Origin: Camelus dromedarius
Taxonomy: Eukaryota
Assembly: GCF_036321535.1 (NCBI RefSeq)
Contig: NC_087472.1
Coordinates: 101,806,001 to 101,870,000 of the forward strand
Reading direction: 5' to 3'
DNA length: 64,000 nt
Shown piece after piece: positions 62,671 to 64,000 of this stretch. Made by a program: the position numbers and the translations under genes. Position 1 is the stretch's first letter. Every line of letters begins with the position of its first letter. The notes beneath the pieces are model-generated. The model made no database searches. It was not told the DNA's origin and saw only the letters and a list, made by a program, of their open reading frames with translations.

Positions 62671-63644
62671 AAACACTAATTAAAAACACAAAGCACAAAA
62701 GAGAAAAACTCAGCCACAGTATGCAAGTTTAAAACTATGGTTTTAAACAGGTAGGCTTATGTTAAAAAGGTTCTTTCCAATGATAAATATTCACAGCTTT
62801 CATCCAACTTTCAGCTGCAAGAGTTGTCTTCTTTTGTAATTAAAATGCAAATATAGACCTGATGGCTAGAAAACAAGCCAGGAAAAAAAAAATGACTCTC
62901 TTAGTCAGAAAGACTACAGTAACTTATTTCCCATTCAAACAATGAAATTAAATCAAAGTCTGACAGACCAGGTCTGTCTCCAAGAATCAGGCCAGCACCC
63001 CCCCACACACACACACATACACACACACACAAAGAAGTGCCTTTGATGTGGCTGCCTGGGGCAGCTCATAACAAGAATACCACTACTTAAAATCTAAGCA
63101 ATTGCATTTCATAATTAAGAAACCATCCGTGCCCTCTCCCTCCCGTGAGATAAAAAATCATTGGTTTCCTGCTGCTGAAAATAGATGGTCTTTTTAAAAA
63201 TCAGTAAATTCTCAGCTATGTCCCCCTAATGAATTGCCATATACCAGTAGCCCCTTAACTTCATATAATACCTGCCTTATATTTCTTATTTCCATTTTTA
63301 AAAGCATACCTTTATAGAGCATTCTAAAAATGTTCTAGCTGTACATAAGAAGTCAGAGGGCACAGGAAGAGAATATTCAGTTGCCAGGGTAGACCTTAGC
63401 ACTGTCTTTTAAGACAGTAACTATTAAAGAATGCCCAATACACATCTATTGTTATCAGGCCACTGTGCATTTGAAGAATGCTTTTCTACTAGTTCAAAAT
63501 CTTTACAAAGAAGTGTTTTATTTAGCCTGTCTTCCTACTTTGATTTTGAGCTTCCAGAGGACAGGGACTATTTTGTCAATTTTATATTTAAAACACCAAG
63601 ACATGTGCAAGACCATCACAGGCCTTCAGCATCTGTCTGGTCAA

Positions 63645-63825
63645 TGATTGATGGATGGAGGATGAATAGATGGGGAGAGGAGGGATGAAGGGATGAGGGG
63701 AATGAACGGATGGGAAGAGGGAAGGATGAAGGGATGGATGGGTGGGTGGGTGAATGGATGGTAGCGGGAAGAGCAGGTGCAGGGATGAGAAGGTGAAAGT
63801 CAGGTTCATGGGTGAATGGATGAAC
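63645..63825 (+). repeat. (GGAT/GGA)n purine-rich low-complexity tract, probably an expanded L2 tail
   Basis: gatggatggaggatgaatagatgggg...gggatggatgggtgggtgggtgaatggatgg, following L2-like sequence at ~63520-63645. Confidence 0.8.
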
Positions 63826-64000
63826 AAAGTACAACCAAATGGATTATATACTTTGGCAAATTATTTTTATCTTCTCAAATTGTTTTCATTAGATATCTAC
63901 TTACAGCTTCTCTCAGGGTCAGGTTCCTAGTAGGTCCTCAGTTAATACTTGCCAATTTTAAACATTAAAATATAACCTCATTTTAGAAAGGTGAAGGAAT

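Noticed and set aside
1..64000. CRISPR array, prokaryotic operon, or intact retroelement or viral ORFs
   Set aside because: No regularly spaced repeats and no long ORFs. All LTRs are solo or fragmentary and all L1s are truncated.

Overview
This is mammalian genomic DNA, most likely from a camelid. The evidence is two tRNA-Ala-derived SINEs resembling the camelid Vic-1 family, cetartiodactyl-type L1 3' ends, and no recognisable Alu, B1, Bov-tA or PRE1 elements. I found no credible protein-coding exon, RNA gene or CRISPR-like system; the listed ORFs are short and lie in repeats or look like chance ORFs. A large part of the window is interspersed repeats (MIR, L2, old L1M, younger L1 3' ends with target-site duplications, MaLR/ERVL solo LTRs, hAT and Tigger relics) between multi-kb repeat-poor blocks. 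LTRs and L1s are strongly biased to the + strand, which suggests a large intron of an unidentified minus-strand gene. The most interesting signals are: (1) a ~0.9 kb AT->GC-shifted tract at ~18.15-19.02 kb that looks like a GC-biased gene conversion or recombination-hotspot scar; (2) an L1 with an apparent 3' transduction at ~46.6 kb; (3) a local ~185 bp duplication carrying a palindromic nuclear-receptor-like ER6 element; (4) homeodomain/HOX motif clusters in repeat-poor blocks; (5) a few non-coding exon candidates. Repeat family names come from recalled consensus sequences, not a search. Boundaries are approximate except where TSDs are quoted. I did not find a new biological system.
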